64,000 nt of DNA from an uncultured delta proteobacterium (GCA_963753975.1 CAVWEH010000005.1:544001-608000), one strand, 5' to 3'. Counted from the stretch's first letter, positions 40,565 to 52,087 are shown. Numbers and translations: made by a program. The notes: generated from the letters alone by a model not told the origin.

Positions 40565-41926
40565 GTGAGCAATTTGATGAGAACCGATGAGAAAATAGAT
40601 GCTGATATTATAATTATCGGCGGCGGCGCGGCAGGTCTCATGGCCGCAGGCCGCGCCGGCAAGTTGGGAGCAAAAGTTTTAGTTCTGGAAAAAACCGATG
40701 GCATTGGCAAAAAAATTCTAGTTAGCGGTAAAACTCGCTGCAATTTAACAAATTCCGCCGAGTTAAAAGATTTCATTGCTATGTATGGAATTAACGGCCG
40801 TTTTCTTTACAGTGCCTTTAATCGGTTTTTCCGACCTGAGTTGCTGGACTTTTTTGAGTGCCAAGGGCTCCCGACAAAAGTGGAACGAGGCGGAAGAATC
40901 TTTCCTGTCTCCGATGATGCCCATGATGTGGTGAGAGTATTTAAAAAATATCTGGCTGCAGGCAAAGTCCAGATCAAATTAAATATGCAGGTAACCGCGA
41001 TCGATTTTCAGGATAACGGCACTTACCTTGTCCAAACTCGAAACGGAGCTTACCGCTCTTCTGCGGTTATCATGGCTTCAGGCGGCGCCTCCTGGCCGGA
41101 AACCGGCTCTACCGGTGATGGCTATAAAATGAGCAGAAAATTGGGGCACAACATTGTGAAACTCAAACCGGCACTGGTGCCGCTCGTCGTTCAGGAGCAG
41201 AAACTGACCGAATCGATGCAGGGTGTCAGCCTACGTAATGTCCGCGCCACCGCCTTTCAGGGGGAAGCCTCTTCCATCGATGCTGCGCTTACTCCTCACT
41301 GCAACTATGGTCGGGGGGAAAAAAAATTACCTCGTCCGCCGGTTATCGAAAGTCGCTTTGGGGAGATGCTCTTTACGCATTTTGGTCTAGGCGGCCCAAT
41401 TATATTGCTGATGAGCCTCGCCGTTGTAGAAGCCCTGGAAAATGGTCCTGTATCCGTATTGATAGATTTAAAACCGTCGTTGACCGCGGAACAATTACGT
41501 AAGCGCCTACAGCGTGATCTGGACAAATCCGGTAAAAGAAAAATTACCGGCATCGTTAAAGAATATCTGCCCGCGAAGATGATCGATCCCTTTGTAGAGC
41601 TAGCTGGCATTGGTACAGAAAAGCGGGCGCATCAGATTTCCGCCCTGGAAAGAGAAAAAGTTATTGAACTGCTCAAAGCCCTGCGCTTCAACGTCAAAGC
41701 GCCTCTGCCGCTCACAAAAGCCATAGTGACGGCAGGGGGAGTATCACTTGATGAAATCGATCCGCGGACAATGGCTTCCAGAAAAGTTCCGGGGCTGTAT
41801 TTTTGCGGCGAAGTAATGGATATTGATGCCGATACCGGAGGCTATAATTTGCAGGCGGCTTTTTCGACAGGGCATATAGCGGGCGAAAGCGCAGCAAAAT
41901 ATATAAAGTCGCTGTTGGACAAATAA
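40565..41926 (+). CDS. HI0933/YhiN-family flavoprotein
   Basis: GGGAAG, GKKILVSG..RCN, TGSTGDGY and DADTGGYNLQ. Confidence 0.9.
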   Translation: MSNLMRTDEKIDADIIIIGGGAAGLMAAGRAGKLGAKVLVLEKTDGIGKKILVSGKTRCNLTNSAELKDFIAMYGINGRFLYSAFNRFFRPELLDFFECQGLPTKVERGGRIFPVSDDAHDVVRVFKKYLAAGKVQIKLNMQVTAIDFQDNGTYLVQTRNGAYRSSAVIMASGGASWPETGSTGDGYKMSRKLGHNIVKLKPALVPLVVQEQKLTESMQGVSLRNVRATAFQGEASSIDAALTPHCNYGRGEKKLPRPPVIESRFGEMLFTHFGLGGPIILLMSLAVVEALENGPVSVLIDLKPSLTAEQLRKRLQRDLDKSGKRKITGIVKEYLPAKMIDPFVELAGIGTEKRAHQISALEREKVIELLKALRFNVKAPLPLTKAIVTAGGVSLDEIDPRTMASRKVPGLYFCGEVMDIDADTGGYNLQAAFSTGHIAGESAAKYIKSLLDK

Positions 41927-42010
41927 AACAAGTATCTTGCTGTGAAAAAATAGCCGTCATTGCCGCAAGCAAAGCAGCGTGGGAATATAAATTAAAAGAA
42001 GGAGACAGAT

Positions 42011-42665
42011 ATGGATTTTTTTAAAGTTTTAGAAGGTAGGGTAAGTATGCGGGTTTTTTTGGTTAAGCCGGTGGATAAAGGTTTATTGGAAAAAATTTTG
42101 CAAGCGGCATCGCATGGCCCTTCCTGCATGAATACTCAGCCGTGGCAGGTATTTATTGTCATGGGGAAAAAGAAAGATGAACTCTCCGCGGATTTATTGA
42201 AGATAGCCCAAGAGAATCAGCGGCGGCGGCCTGATTTCCCTTTTCCCACTGCTTGGCCGCAGGCCCCGGAAAAAAGATCAACAACTCATCGCTTGCGGCG
42301 TTTTGCGGCATTGGGAATAGACTCTGATGATCAGGTAAAAATCAGGGCCGGTTATTTACGTAATTTCCAGTTTTTTGGCGCGCCCTGTGTCGCCTTCATT
42401 GGTTCGGATAAATCTTCTACTTCCTGGTCGATGTTTGATTTGGGGGCTTTTTGTGCACGGCTTTCTACTGGCGTTGTATGCCGAAGGGTTAGGCGGTAGC
42501 CCGCAGGCAATGCTCTCAGCTTATCCCGATATCGTCCGTAAACACCTGGGCATTTCCGATAATACAAAAATTGCTATCGGCATTTCTCTGGGTTACCCCG
42601 ATAATAATGCTGCGGTCAATAAATACGGACCGCAGAGAATTGATATTAAAGAATTTGTGCACTAG
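42011..42665 (+). CDS. Nitroreductase family protein with one frameshift near 42450
   Basis: RVSMRVF, PSCMNTQPW and FFGAP; C-terminal ISLGYP lies in the shifted frame. Confidence 0.8.
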
Positions 42666-42699
42666 TATAATTGATCCCGCTTTTGACAAAAACCCTTTG

Positions 42700-43401
42700 C
42701 TAATGGCTAAGGCTAGCATATGTTTTTAAAATAATGCGGGCGTCGGCCACGACGCACCGATCAGCGGAGCACAGCAAGGGGTTGATGTCGATGGATTCAA
42801 TGTCGTTTTTCAGGGTCATGACCAAGCTGGAAAAATTGACGAGGATATCGGCTAGTTTTTCTGTGTCTACCGGTTCGGCGCCTCGGTATCCGTCCAAAAG
42901 TTTGTATCCTTTCAGAGATCGAATCATGGTCAAACCATCTTGTCGGGAAAGAGGAGCCATTTTCAGGATGACATCACGATAGATTTCTACGCTGGTTCCA
43001 CCTATGCCCATGAGGACCATCGGGCCAAATTGAAAATCAATTTTTGCCCCTATGATAAGCTCAATGCCGGATATCATCCCCTCAACAAGAACACCAACAA
43101 ATCCATTCAACGAACTCAAGCGCTGGAAGGCCTTTGCCATACCTTTATCATCGGCTATTCCTACAATGACACCTCCCGCATCCGACTTGTGCAGGATGAG
43201 GGGAGAAACTATTTTGGCCACCACAGGATAGCCTATTTTGTTAGCAAATTGGAGGGCGTCATCCAGAGTTTTTGCTACCGTAAACCTGGGAACGGCAAAC
43301 CCCAAAAGAGAGAAAATCAGCTTAGCATCGGATTCGAGAATCCATCCGTACTTGCGGGATGCTTCCATGATCCGGATTATTTGGGGATTAAAATTGGTCA
43401 T
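42700..43401 (-). CDS. ADP-forming acetate/acyl-CoA ligase beta subunit (ATP-grasp)
   Basis: GYPVVAK, HKSDAGGV, FGPMV and DINPL. Confidence 0.88.
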   Translation of the reverse strand: MTNFNPQIIRIMEASRKYGWILESDAKLIFSLLGFAVPRFTVAKTLDDALQFANKIGYPVVAKIVSPLILHKSDAGGVIVGIADDKGMAKAFQRLSSLNGFVGVLVEGMISGIELIIGAKIDFQFGPMVLMGIGGTSVEIYRDVILKMAPLSRQDGLTMIRSLKGYKLLDGYRGAEPVDTEKLADILVNFSSLVMTLKNDIESIDINPLLCSADRCVVADARIILKTYASLSH

Positions 43402-44765
43402 GGCTTATTCCTCCTTAAGGCCTCAATCATCAACACTGCACCCTCAATAGAAGGTGAAACAGCAACGCCGTTTAATTCGAATCCCTCGATCAGCATTTCA
43501 TATTTCTCTACGTTGGGCACATAGGCAATCAGCGGTTTTCCATATTCTCGGGCGATTAGGCTCAGTTTGGCGCCAAGGTCAGAGGTGATTCCGGGGATAT
43601 AGGGAAGCAGCAATACGATAATACTGTCCATATCATCCATAGCCAAGAGCGTTCGGGTGGTCATAACGAAATCATCATCCACGCCGCTTCCCGTCAGGTC
43701 GATGGGATTACTGAGCGCGGCAATTGCGCGCGCACTAGGATTTAAACCTTTACGGATTTCCTCCTGCTTGTCTTTAGGTAAAACTGGTACGGTAATTCCA
43801 TACGAGGCGCAGGCGTCAACGACCATCGCGCCGTGACCCCCGCTTACCGTAATAATCCCCACACTTCCTTCTATATGTTTGGTCGGGTATTCACTCAGAG
43901 ATTCACAGAAAGAAACGAGTTCCCTTTCACTCGTGGCTTCGATGATCCCGTGCTGGGAAAGGGCGGCCGAAAAGCTGTCATAATCTCCCGCGAGAGATGC
44001 CGTATGACTGGCGACAGCCCGGCTCCCGACTTGGCTTTTGCCCGACTTGATTGCGACAATGGGCTTGCCGCACTTTTCGGCTTTAAGAACAAAATTCCTG
44101 CCTTCGTTTTCTCCGAACCCTTCAATGTAGAAAGCAATCACGTTCGTGGACGGGTCAGCCCTGAAGTAATCGAGAAGCTCAATTTCGCCGATGAACGCCT
44201 TATTTCCGATGCTGACTGCTTTTGCAAATCCGACGCCGTCAGTCGTAAATTTTATCATTTGATCCACGAGAATGCCGCCGCTTTGGCTAACAAACGAAAT
44301 ATTCCCCTTGAGGGGTTTTACCATGCGTTCTGCGGGGAGGAAGAACGTGTCCATGTGGTCGGGAACGCAGATTCCCAGACAATTGGGACCGATGAAAGGG
44401 AATGATGCTTCCCGGGCTATAGCAACGATTCTTTCTTGCAGATCCCCTCTGCCTGTTTCCTTGAAGCCCCCGGAGATGATTACGGCGGAACGGACATTTG
44501 CCTTGATGCATTCGGATAACACATCGGGTACGATGTCGGCCCTGACGGCGATAATTGCCAGGTCAATTTTCTCGGGAATATCCGCCAGACTATGGTATAT
44601 TTTCTGTCCGCCGATTATTTCCCGGCCGGGATTAATTCCGTATACCTTCACCGGATAACGATGTTGATTCTTGCTGAATATTTGGTTGGCAGGATGTTGG
44701 TAATTGCTTGCCGAGACGCCGAACACCGCCATCGTCTTTGGTTCAAAAAGCGGCTTGAGATCCAT
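43398..44765 (-). CDS. ADP-forming acetate/acyl-CoA ligase alpha subunit
   Basis: GPNCLG, SQSGG, SHTASLAG and NPIDLTG. Confidence 0.9.
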   Translation of the reverse strand: MDLKPLFEPKTMAVFGVSASNYQHPANQIFSKNQHRYPVKVYGINPGREIIGGQKIYHSLADIPEKIDLAIIAVRADIVPDVLSECIKANVRSAVIISGGFKETGRGDLQERIVAIAREASFPFIGPNCLGICVPDHMDTFFLPAERMVKPLKGNISFVSQSGGILVDQMIKFTTDGVGFAKAVSIGNKAFIGEIELLDYFRADPSTNVIAFYIEGFGENEGRNFVLKAEKCGKPIVAIKSGKSQVGSRAVASHTASLAGDYDSFSAALSQHGIIEATSERELVSFCESLSEYPTKHIEGSVGIITVSGGHGAMVVDACASYGITVPVLPKDKQEEIRKGLNPSARAIAALSNPIDLTGSGVDDDFVMTTRTLLAMDDMDSIIVLLLPYIPGITSDLGAKLSLIAREYGKPLIAYVPNVEKYEMLIEGFELNGVAVSPSIEGAVLMIEALRRNKP

Positions 44766-44899
44766 CGGTTTCTCCTTTCAGTTGTCTGTTTGTCTGTAAA
44801 TCACGCATCGTGTCTGCCGCCTCAATCGCCGAAGCAAGAATATTTTGTTGAACATTTAGTACCCCGGGGCATCATAATTTCGGAGCTATCAAGGAGAAG

Positions 44900-45079
44900 A
44901 GACACGCCAGAATCAATAGATTTACTGCCGGTATTTTGAATTTGATGTTCTTCATTAATATGCATGCAGAAATTATTCGCGCCGTCTTTTTCGCCGATTA
45001 CCACGCGGCCGGCAACGCCCTTAGCCTGGTCATTATTAAAGTGGGTCGGTGTGACTCGTGTGTAATTTATTCTCTTCAT
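44900..45079 (-). pseudogene. Cupin-domain gene remnant with an internal deletion
   Basis: RVVIGEKDGANNFCM joined to EEHQIQNTG; the central metal-binding motif is missing. Confidence 0.6.
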
Positions 45080-45157
45080 GCTATTCTCCTTACTTTAATA
45101 AGGTGATCATTTTTATAATTAAGCCACAAATGTAGCCGCCCGAATATGACTCGGCAT

Positions 45158-46516
45158 TTATCCAATTAGCGGCACAAATATTTCACTGAGCGTCGGATGG
45201 GGAATAATCCACGGTTGCAATTGTTTTTTAGTAAGGGAATTAGCTACAGCAAGACTTAGAGGCGCGATGAGTTCCGCGGCTTCTTCGCCGACAATGGTTG
45301 CACCAATAATTTTATCTTCGTGGAAGATGGCCTTGACAAATCCCTGCCCCATCAGTTCGGTGCGGGCGATGATGTTGACGCTGTAATTAGATTTGACGAT
45401 CTCCACGACTAATCCTTCGTTTGCCGCCTGTTTTTGATTATAACCAACGCGGGCGATTTGCGGATGACTATAAACAACAGATGGAATACAATTTTCATTG
45501 TAAACAATTGTGTTTGATTCACAAATATGTCCAGCTGCAACTTTACCCTGCTCGGTCGCCCGATGTGCCAGCATCAAGCCGCCGGTGACATCGCCTACCG
45601 CGTAAATACCTGCTACATTCGTCATCATATTTTGATCAACCTTTATACCCGCTTTGGCATATTCAATTCCCAACTTATCCAATTGCGCCGTATCCAGCAG
45701 CGGCTTTCTGCCGGTGCAAAGCAAAACGTAATCGGTGGCCATCTCAAATTCTTTGCCAATTTTTTGAGCCCGCATGACAACTCCATTGCCCGTATCATTT
45801 AGCTTTTCGAGTTTCGTTGATGTGTGGATATCGACACCTAAACGGATCAGTTCCTGCCGAAGCAAATCGACCGCTTCCTGGTCTTCAAAGGGTAGGATTC
45901 TGTCTAATAGTTCAAGTAAGATTACTTTTACACCCAATTCGGCGAAAAAAGTGGCAAATTCTACACCGATTACGCTACCGCCGACAATGATTATGCTGGT
46001 GGGAAGAATATTCAGATTAAGCAGACCATCCGATGTTAAAATGCGTTCGGACAAATTTATTTCCGGCAGCATTTGCGGTTCAGAACCCCAGGCAATAACG
46101 ATGTTTTTTGCCGTAATGATTTTAGAGTTGTCTTGTTGATCCCGGTATTGCACTTCCTGAGGGGAGACGATTTCGCCCGTGCCTTGTTTGGTTTCCACTG
46201 GGGCATCGACGAGCACTTTATGGGCGCCAAGCGCCGCTATCTTGACAATTTGCTGTTGATGTCTTTTGATGGCGGCAAAATCGATTGATGCATCAACGAT
46301 ATTAATTCCAATGCGTTTTAGTTTTTTTAAATCGGCGTAAAACTTACTGCAGACAAGAAGGGCCTTGGTGGGAATGCAGCCGCGATTGGTACAGGTGCCG
46401 CCCCAACCGTTCTTTTCGATAATGAGAACTCGTTTTTTGCTTGCTGCGGCAAGTTCAGCCGCGGCTAGCCCCCCCGGTCCTCCGCCAATGACAATTAAAT
46501 CATATTGTTCAGCCAT
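45158..46516 (-). CDS. lpdA: Dihydrolipoamide dehydrogenase (GCS L-protein)
   Basis: GGTCTNRGCIP and HPTLSE. Confidence 0.92.
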   Translation of the reverse strand: MAEQYDLIVIGGGPGGLAAAELAAASKKRVLIIEKNGWGGTCTNRGCIPTKALLVCSKFYADLKKLKRIGINIVDASIDFAAIKRHQQQIVKIAALGAHKVLVDAPVETKQGTGEIVSPQEVQYRDQQDNSKIITAKNIVIAWGSEPQMLPEINLSERILTSDGLLNLNILPTSIIIVGGSVIGVEFATFFAELGVKVILLELLDRILPFEDQEAVDLLRQELIRLGVDIHTSTKLEKLNDTGNGVVMRAQKIGKEFEMATDYVLLCTGRKPLLDTAQLDKLGIEYAKAGIKVDQNMMTNVAGIYAVGDVTGGLMLAHRATEQGKVAAGHICESNTIVYNENCIPSVVYSHPQIARVGYNQKQAANEGLVVEIVKSNYSVNIIARTELMGQGFVKAIFHEDKIIGATIVGEEAAELIAPLSLAVANSLTKKQLQPWIIPHPTLSEIFVPLIG

Positions 46517-46525
46517 ATTTACTCC

Positions 46526-47395
46526 CTACGAGCATGCTTGCGCGGCATGATAAGAACTACGAACTAATGGTCCTGCTTCCACATACCGAAAGCCTTTTTT
46601 ATAAGCTATTTCTTTTAATTCGGCAAACTCCTCCGGGTGGTAATATTTAACAACCGGCCAATGCCTTAACGTCGGCTGCTGATACTGTCCGATAGTCAAA
46701 CGTGCGCAGGATACAGAAACCAAATCATCAATCAGTTGTAAAATCTCTTCGCGTTTTTCACCAAAACCAATCATAAAACCGCTTTTGGAAATTGCTGTTG
46801 ATGACTTCGCTATTTGTGAGAGCAATTCCAGCGAAAGATTGTAACTGCCCTGCGGCCTCAGTTGTGAAAATAAAGGTTTGACAACTTCCATGTTGTGGTT
46901 GATGACGTCGGGCTTAGCGGCAATGACTTTTTCCAGCGCCGAGGATTGACCCTGAAAATCGGGAATCAACACTTCAATCTTGCAATGGGGAAGCGCTTTA
47001 CGCAAGATACCTATGCAATCGGCAAAGATTTGAGCACCGCCATCGGGCAAATCGTCGCGAGTTACCGAAGTTACGACAATGTATTTTAAAGCCATTTTCT
47101 GCACAGCGGTAAACAAGTGCTCTGTTTCACTTTCATCAATAGGTTGCGGGCTACCGTGCAGAACGTTACAATAAAGGCAATACCGCGTGCAAATATTGCC
47201 CATAATTAAAAATGTAGCCGTGCCATTTTGGAAGCATTCCGCCATGTTGGGGCAGGACGCCTCCTGGCAAACGGTGTGTAATTGAAGCTCGGAGAGAGTT
47301 GATTTAACGCTACGGCATTCATCAGTGAAAGGGGGGCGCACTTTGAGCCAGGCAGGTTTGCGCAGGATTTGTTCTCTTGGTTGCAATTCGTTCAT
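46526..47395 (-). CDS. lipA: Lipoyl synthase
   Basis: CQEASCPNMAEC, CTRYCLYC and VRSSYHA; start placed at ATG 47395. Confidence 0.93.
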   Translation of the reverse strand: MNELQPREQILRKPAWLKVRPPFTDECRSVKSTLSELQLHTVCQEASCPNMAECFQNGTATFLIMGNICTRYCLYCNVLHGSPQPIDESETEHLFTAVQKMALKYIVVTSVTRDDLPDGGAQIFADCIGILRKALPHCKIEVLIPDFQGQSSALEKVIAAKPDVINHNMEVVKPLFSQLRPQGSYNLSLELLSQIAKSSTAISKSGFMIGFGEKREEILQLIDDLVSVSCARLTIGQYQQPTLRHWPVVKYYHPEEFAELKEIAYKKGFRYVEAGPLVRSSYHAAQACS

Positions 47396-47402
47396 AAAAA
47401 AA

Positions 47403-48848
47403 TCAACCGGGTTTTTTCCAACAAACATCGGGTTTACGCGCGGCAAGCACTTCATCGAGCCTGCTCACCGGTGTCGTCAGCGGCGCATTTTTTACACAAT
47501 CAGGATTTTCCTCGGCTTCTGCCGCGATGGCAATCATAGCGTCGCAGAAGGCATCGAGAGTTTCTTTACTTTCCGTTTCTGTAGGTTCAATCATAATCGC
47601 TTCCGGAACAATTAAAGGAAAATAAATAGTCGGAGGATGATAGCCGTAGTCAATCAGCCTTTTGGCAATATCCGTAGTATGCACTCCGCTTTCGGCAACC
47701 TGTCTTTTGCCGGAAAAAACGCACTCATGCATACAGACACGATCATAAGGCAAATCAAAATAGGGCTTTAACTTTTCTTTGATGTAGTTGGCGTTGAGCA
47801 CGGCCATTTCTGTGGCGCGCATTAAACCTCGAGTGCCCAAGGAGCGAATATAAGCATAGGCTTTCACAATCACATTGAAATTACCGTAAAAAGAGCGCAG
47901 GCGGCCGATGGTATCCGGGAATTTATCCGACCAGTTGTATTCCTCTTTATTCTTTACAATGCGCGGTATGGGCAGATAGTCAGCAAGCTTGGCGATTACG
48001 CCCACAGGGCCGCTGCCGGGGCCTCCTCCTCCGTGCGGTGTGGAAAAAGTTTTGTGCAAATTAAGTTGAATAACATCGAAGCCTAAATCGCCCGGCCTGG
48101 TTTTGCCTAAAAAAGCGTTGGCATTGGCGCCGTCGCCATAGAGTAAACCGCCTTTGTTATGGACGATTTGCGCGACCTTTTCGATATTGCGTTCAAATAG
48201 TCCCAACGTGTTGGGATTGGTTAACATCAAAGCGGCAACATCTTCCGTCATTAAAGACTGCAAATGTTCGATATCTACTCCACCTTCGCTGTTGGAATGC
48301 AGCGTTACCGTATTGAAGCCGCAGAGTGCGCTGGAGGCCGGATTGGTGCCATGGGCTGTATCCGGTATCAGGATAAGAGGGCGTTTTTCATTTTTCTTTT
48401 CAAAATATTTTTTAATCATCATGATGCCGGTGAGTTCCCCATGTGCGCCCGCTGCCGGCTGCAAGGTAAACTCCGCCATGCCGAAAAGGCTGCATAAATA
48501 TTTTTGCATTTCATAGATTAATTGCAGGTTACCCTGGGCAAATTCGCTGGCAGCATAAGGATGAATGCCGGTGAAGCCGGGCAGCCTGGCAACATCCTCG
48601 TTAATCTTGGGATTATATTTCATAGTGCAAGAACCCAGAGGATAGAAGCCCAGATCAACGCCGAAATTCCGTCGCGATAAATTCGTGTAATGTCGGACTA
48701 AATCAACTTCAGCCACTTCCGGTAAATCGAGATCGCTACGCAGATATTTACTGCCTATTGCATCTTCAATGTTGAGAACAGGCACATCGCTTGTGGAGAT
48801 GTCTACGGCACTGCGCCCCTTTTTACTCGTCTCAAAAATCAAGTCCAT
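47403..48848 (-). CDS. gcvPB: Glycine dehydrogenase subunit 2
   Basis: LGSCTMKYN and [15 protein letters not shown]. Confidence 0.95.
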   Translation of the reverse strand: MDLIFETSKKGRSAVDISTSDVPVLNIEDAIGSKYLRSDLDLPEVAEVDLVRHYTNLSRRNFGVDLGFYPLGSCTMKYNPKINEDVARLPGFTGIHPYAASEFAQGNLQLIYEMQKYLCSLFGMAEFTLQPAAGAHGELTGIMMIKKYFEKKNEKRPLILIPDTAHGTNPASSALCGFNTVTLHSNSEGGVDIEHLQSLMTEDVAALMLTNPNTLGLFERNIEKVAQIVHNKGGLLYGDGANANAFLGKTRPGDLGFDVIQLNLHKTFSTPHGGGGPGSGPVGVIAKLADYLPIPRIVKNKEEYNWSDKFPDTIGRLRSFYGNFNVIVKAYAYIRSLGTRGLMRATEMAVLNANYIKEKLKPYFDLPYDRVCMHECVFSGKRQVAESGVHTTDIAKRLIDYGYHPPTIYFPLIVPEAIMIEPTETESKETLDAFCDAMIAIAAEAEENPDCVKNAPLTTPVSRLDEVLAARKPDVCWKKPG

Positions 48849-48915
48849 CTATTTTCCCCTTCAAACCCGAGATTGCCTCGCCTCGCTCGCAAAGATAAAT
48901 AAGGATCGAGTCCTC

Positions 48916-50241
48916 TTATTTTACGATATCTATCACCCGATCAATTTGTTCTTTCGATATCATTTCCGTTGCGCAAAAGAGCAGAGCATTTTCGAGTTCG
49001 GGATAATCTTTTTGCAATTCATAGCCGCCGATGATCCCCTCATTTTTTAGCTTTTTATTGATAAGTCGGGAATGGGGACAGCGTAAAACAAATTCATTAT
49101 AAACCGGGGCGCTGAATACTTCCTTCCATCCTTTAAGCTTCAAGAGTTTTTCCTTTAGGTATTGCGCTTTATAAATATTGAGCGCCGCAAGCTTGCTGAG
49201 ATTTTTTCCCAGAGCGGCAAGATATACGCCTGCCGCCAGCGCGCAGAGAGCTTCGTTGGAGCAAATATTGGAAGTTGCTTTTTCCCGACGGATGTGTTGT
49301 TCGCGGGTTTGCAGAGTCAAGACAAAACCGCGCTTACCGTTCTTATCCACAGTTGCGCCGACAAGACGTCCGGGTATCCGGCGCATAAAATTCTCCCGTG
49401 CGGCAAAAATTCCCAGATAAGGGCCGCCGTAATTAAGCGGATTGCCGAAACTCTGTCCTTCCCCCACGACAAAGTCAGCACCTGATGCGCCTGCGGGCTG
49501 CAGAATTCCCAGTGATGTGCCATCGGTAAAACCGGCGACAAGCAGTGCGCCTTTTTTATGAGCGGCATTAACGATAGGAGCAATATCCTCGATAACACCG
49601 AAAAAATTCGGACTTTGTACTAAAACTGCAGCCACATCATCATTAATTTTGTTTTGCAAAGAGTCCAAATCAATTTGACCGGATGAAGCATACGGTATTT
49701 CGTCGATGGTATAGCCGTTAGCCCAGGAATATGTCCGCACAACCTGGCGGTATTCGGGATGCACAGAGCAGGCAACAATAATTTTGGTTCTGTTGGATAT
49801 TTTTGCTGAGAGAACGGCCGCTTCGGCCATGGCCGTAGCGCCGTCATACATGGAAGCATTGGCAATTTCGGTCCCGGTTAAACGGGCAATCATAGTTTGA
49901 TATTCGTAAATCGCCTGCAGCATACCCTGGCTGATCTCCGCCTGATAAGGAGTATAAGCAGTGTAGAATTCAGCGCGGGAAATTACATGGCCGACAACAG
50001 CGGGAATAAAATGATGATAAGCGCCGGCGCCGGTTAATGTGAATTGCGGGAGTTGGTTCTTGCGGGCAAGATCGTTCATAGCGGCAACAGTCTCTTGTTC
50101 GGATAACGCGGCAGAAATATCCGGCATTTGCTTTAATCTGAATTTTGGCGGAATATCGGCAAATAAATCGTCAAGACTGGTTACTCCGATAACCGCTTGC
50201 ATTTGCGTTATATCCTGAGTGGTGTGGGGACAGTAGTCCAT
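48916..50241 (-). CDS. gcvPA: Glycine dehydrogenase subunit 1
   Basis: YTPYQAEISQG and REQHIRREKATSNIC. Confidence 0.95.
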   Translation of the reverse strand: MDYCPHTTQDITQMQAVIGVTSLDDLFADIPPKFRLKQMPDISAALSEQETVAAMNDLARKNQLPQFTLTGAGAYHHFIPAVVGHVISRAEFYTAYTPYQAEISQGMLQAIYEYQTMIARLTGTEIANASMYDGATAMAEAAVLSAKISNRTKIIVACSVHPEYRQVVRTYSWANGYTIDEIPYASSGQIDLDSLQNKINDDVAAVLVQSPNFFGVIEDIAPIVNAAHKKGALLVAGFTDGTSLGILQPAGASGADFVVGEGQSFGNPLNYGGPYLGIFAARENFMRRIPGRLVGATVDKNGKRGFVLTLQTREQHIRREKATSNICSNEALCALAAGVYLAALGKNLSKLAALNIYKAQYLKEKLLKLKGWKEVFSAPVYNEFVLRCPHSRLINKKLKNEGIIGGYELQKDYPELENALLFCATEMISKEQIDRVIDIVK

Positions 50242-50243
50242 GA

Positions 50244-50642
50244 TTAGTGGTTTTCCTCTTGGACCAGTTTTTCATAATCGACGGCGTTAAGCAGAGATTT
50301 GAGTTCGCCTGCATCGGCTAGGCGCATCTTTACAATCCAGCCTTCGCCGAATGCATCTTCATTGACGAGTGACGGATTTTCTTCCAGTTTATTATTTACA
50401 GTAATAACTTCTCCAGCCACTGGTGCGTAAACATCGGATACGGATTTCACGGATTCCACAACCGCCACGGCCTCACCTTTGGTTACTTTCTTTCCGAGAG
50501 GCGGTAGTTCGACGAACACTATATCGGTGAGCATCTCCTGCGCGTAATCGGTTATGCCGACGATAACAGTGCCGTCACCATTGTCTTTTACCCATTCATG
50601 ATCTTTCGAATAGCTTCTGTCGGCTGGATTTTGTTTGGACAT
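50244..50642 (-). CDS. gcvH: Glycine cleavage H protein
   Basis: HEWV and ESVKSVSD (lipoyl-Lys). Confidence 0.95.
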   Translation of the reverse strand: MSKQNPADRSYSKDHEWVKDNGDGTVIVGITDYAQEMLTDIVFVELPPLGKKVTKGEAVAVVESVKSVSDVYAPVAGEVITVNNKLEENPSLVNEDAFGEGWIVKMRLADAGELKSLLNAVDYEKLVQEENH

Positions 50643-50660
50643 GGTTTTTTCTCCTTAATT

Positions 50661-51752
50661 TTATTTAAGCCTTTTATAAAAAGGAATGTTAACTATTTTA
50701 GCGCAACTCATTGAATCGCGGATCTCGATAGAAATTTCGGTTTCCGGCGCGCTGAAAGCAATATCGATGAACGCCAAACCGATTGCTTTTCCTAATGTGG
50801 GCGAAAACGTTCCGGAAGTCACAACGCCGATTTCCTTATTTCTACCGAATACTTTGTAACCGTGGCGGGCTATTCCGCGGCCGGTCATTTCCAGGCCTAC
50901 GAGCTCTTTCTTAATGCCGGTACTTTTTTGTGCCTTGAGCGCTGCCGCGCCGATAAAATCTTTATTCCAATAAATAAGCCAGCTGTACGGTACTTGCAAC
51001 GGAGTAACCGTCTCGGACATATCCTGGCCATTGAGCATCATGCCCGCTTCCAGGCGTAGAGTATCGCGCGCTCCTAATCCAGCCGGCTTCATTCCCCATC
51101 TCTCGCCTCCCGCCATGAATTTATCCCAGATATCGCCTATTTTTTCGGCGACAGCATAAATTTCGAATCCGTCTTCGCCGCTATAACCGCTGCGGGAAAT
51201 AATGGAGGGTATTCCCGCTACATGGGATTCGATAAAATGATAGAAACGCAAATTCTGCAAATTATCGGAGGTCAGTGTCTGCAAAATTTCCTCAGCAAGC
51301 GGACCCTGCAAATCCAGCTTGCCTGTCGTATTGCTGATGTCTTTCAAATTGCAATCAAATCCCTTGTCCCGTTGAATAGATTTTATCCATTGCCAGTCAC
51401 GATCTTTGGTCGTGGCATTGGTCACCAGCATGTAAGAATCTTTTGCCTTTTTATAAACGGTCAGGTCGTCGATAATACCGCCTTCATAATTGAGCATAGC
51501 AGAGAGTTTAATTTGTCCTATTTTCTGATCAGTTAGATTTCTCGTCAATACCAATTGCAAAAGATCAAGAGCCTGCGGACCTTGGACTTCGATCTCACCC
51601 ATATGGCAAATATCAAAAAGGCCTGCGGCACTTCTCGTTCCTCTGTGTTCTTCGATAACACTGGTGTATTGCACGGGCATGGCCCAGCCGCCAAAATCGA
51701 TTATTTTGGCATTCAGGTGAACGTGCTTTTCGTACAAAGGTGTTTTTTTCAA
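50661..51752 (-). CDS. gcvT: Glycine cleavage T protein
   Basis: FGGWAMP, SGYSGEDGFE and GARDTLRLEA. Confidence 0.95.
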   Translation of the reverse strand: MKKTPLYEKHVHLNAKIIDFGGWAMPVQYTSVIEEHRGTRSAAGLFDICHMGEIEVQGPQALDLLQLVLTRNLTDQKIGQIKLSAMLNYEGGIIDDLTVYKKAKDSYMLVTNATTKDRDWQWIKSIQRDKGFDCNLKDISNTTGKLDLQGPLAEEILQTLTSDNLQNLRFYHFIESHVAGIPSIISRSGYSGEDGFEIYAVAEKIGDIWDKFMAGGERWGMKPAGLGARDTLRLEAGMMLNGQDMSETVTPLQVPYSWLIYWNKDFIGAAALKAQKSTGIKKELVGLEMTGRGIARHGYKVFGRNKEIGVVTSGTFSPTLGKAIGLAFIDIAFSAPETEISIEIRDSMSCAKIVNIPFYKRLK

Positions 51753-51754
51753 TT

Positions 51755-52087
51755 TTATTTAACCAAGTACTTGAAAATTAGGGATAGAATAATCAGAATC
51801 AAGCAAACCGCCAAAAAAAAGGAACTCTTGCGGAAAGCTTTACTGCCTAGCACAATCTGCCGGCAATTTCGGCAAATAGTAAATTTGGATGGAATTTCTC
51901 CCTGGCAAAAAGGGCAACGCAGAGTTCTTGGCTCCACCCGCGCTTCGCGCTGGCTAAGATTTCTCTTTAGCTCATTATTAATATCATAGTGCCAGGTGCA
52001 ATCGAGCGTTGGGCACTTGTCACGAACCTGCATATTGTCCGTCCAAACAAAAGATTTATTGCACTGCGGGCACTGGATTTTTAACAT
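51755..52087 (-). CDS. Double zinc-ribbon protein with C-terminal TM
   Basis: CPQC, CPTLDC, CPFC and CRNC. Confidence 0.7.
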   Translation of the reverse strand: MLKIQCPQCNKSFVWTDNMQVRDKCPTLDCTWHYDINNELKRNLSQREARVEPRTLRCPFCQGEIPSKFTICRNCRQIVLGSKAFRKSSFFLAVCLILIILSLIFKYLVK

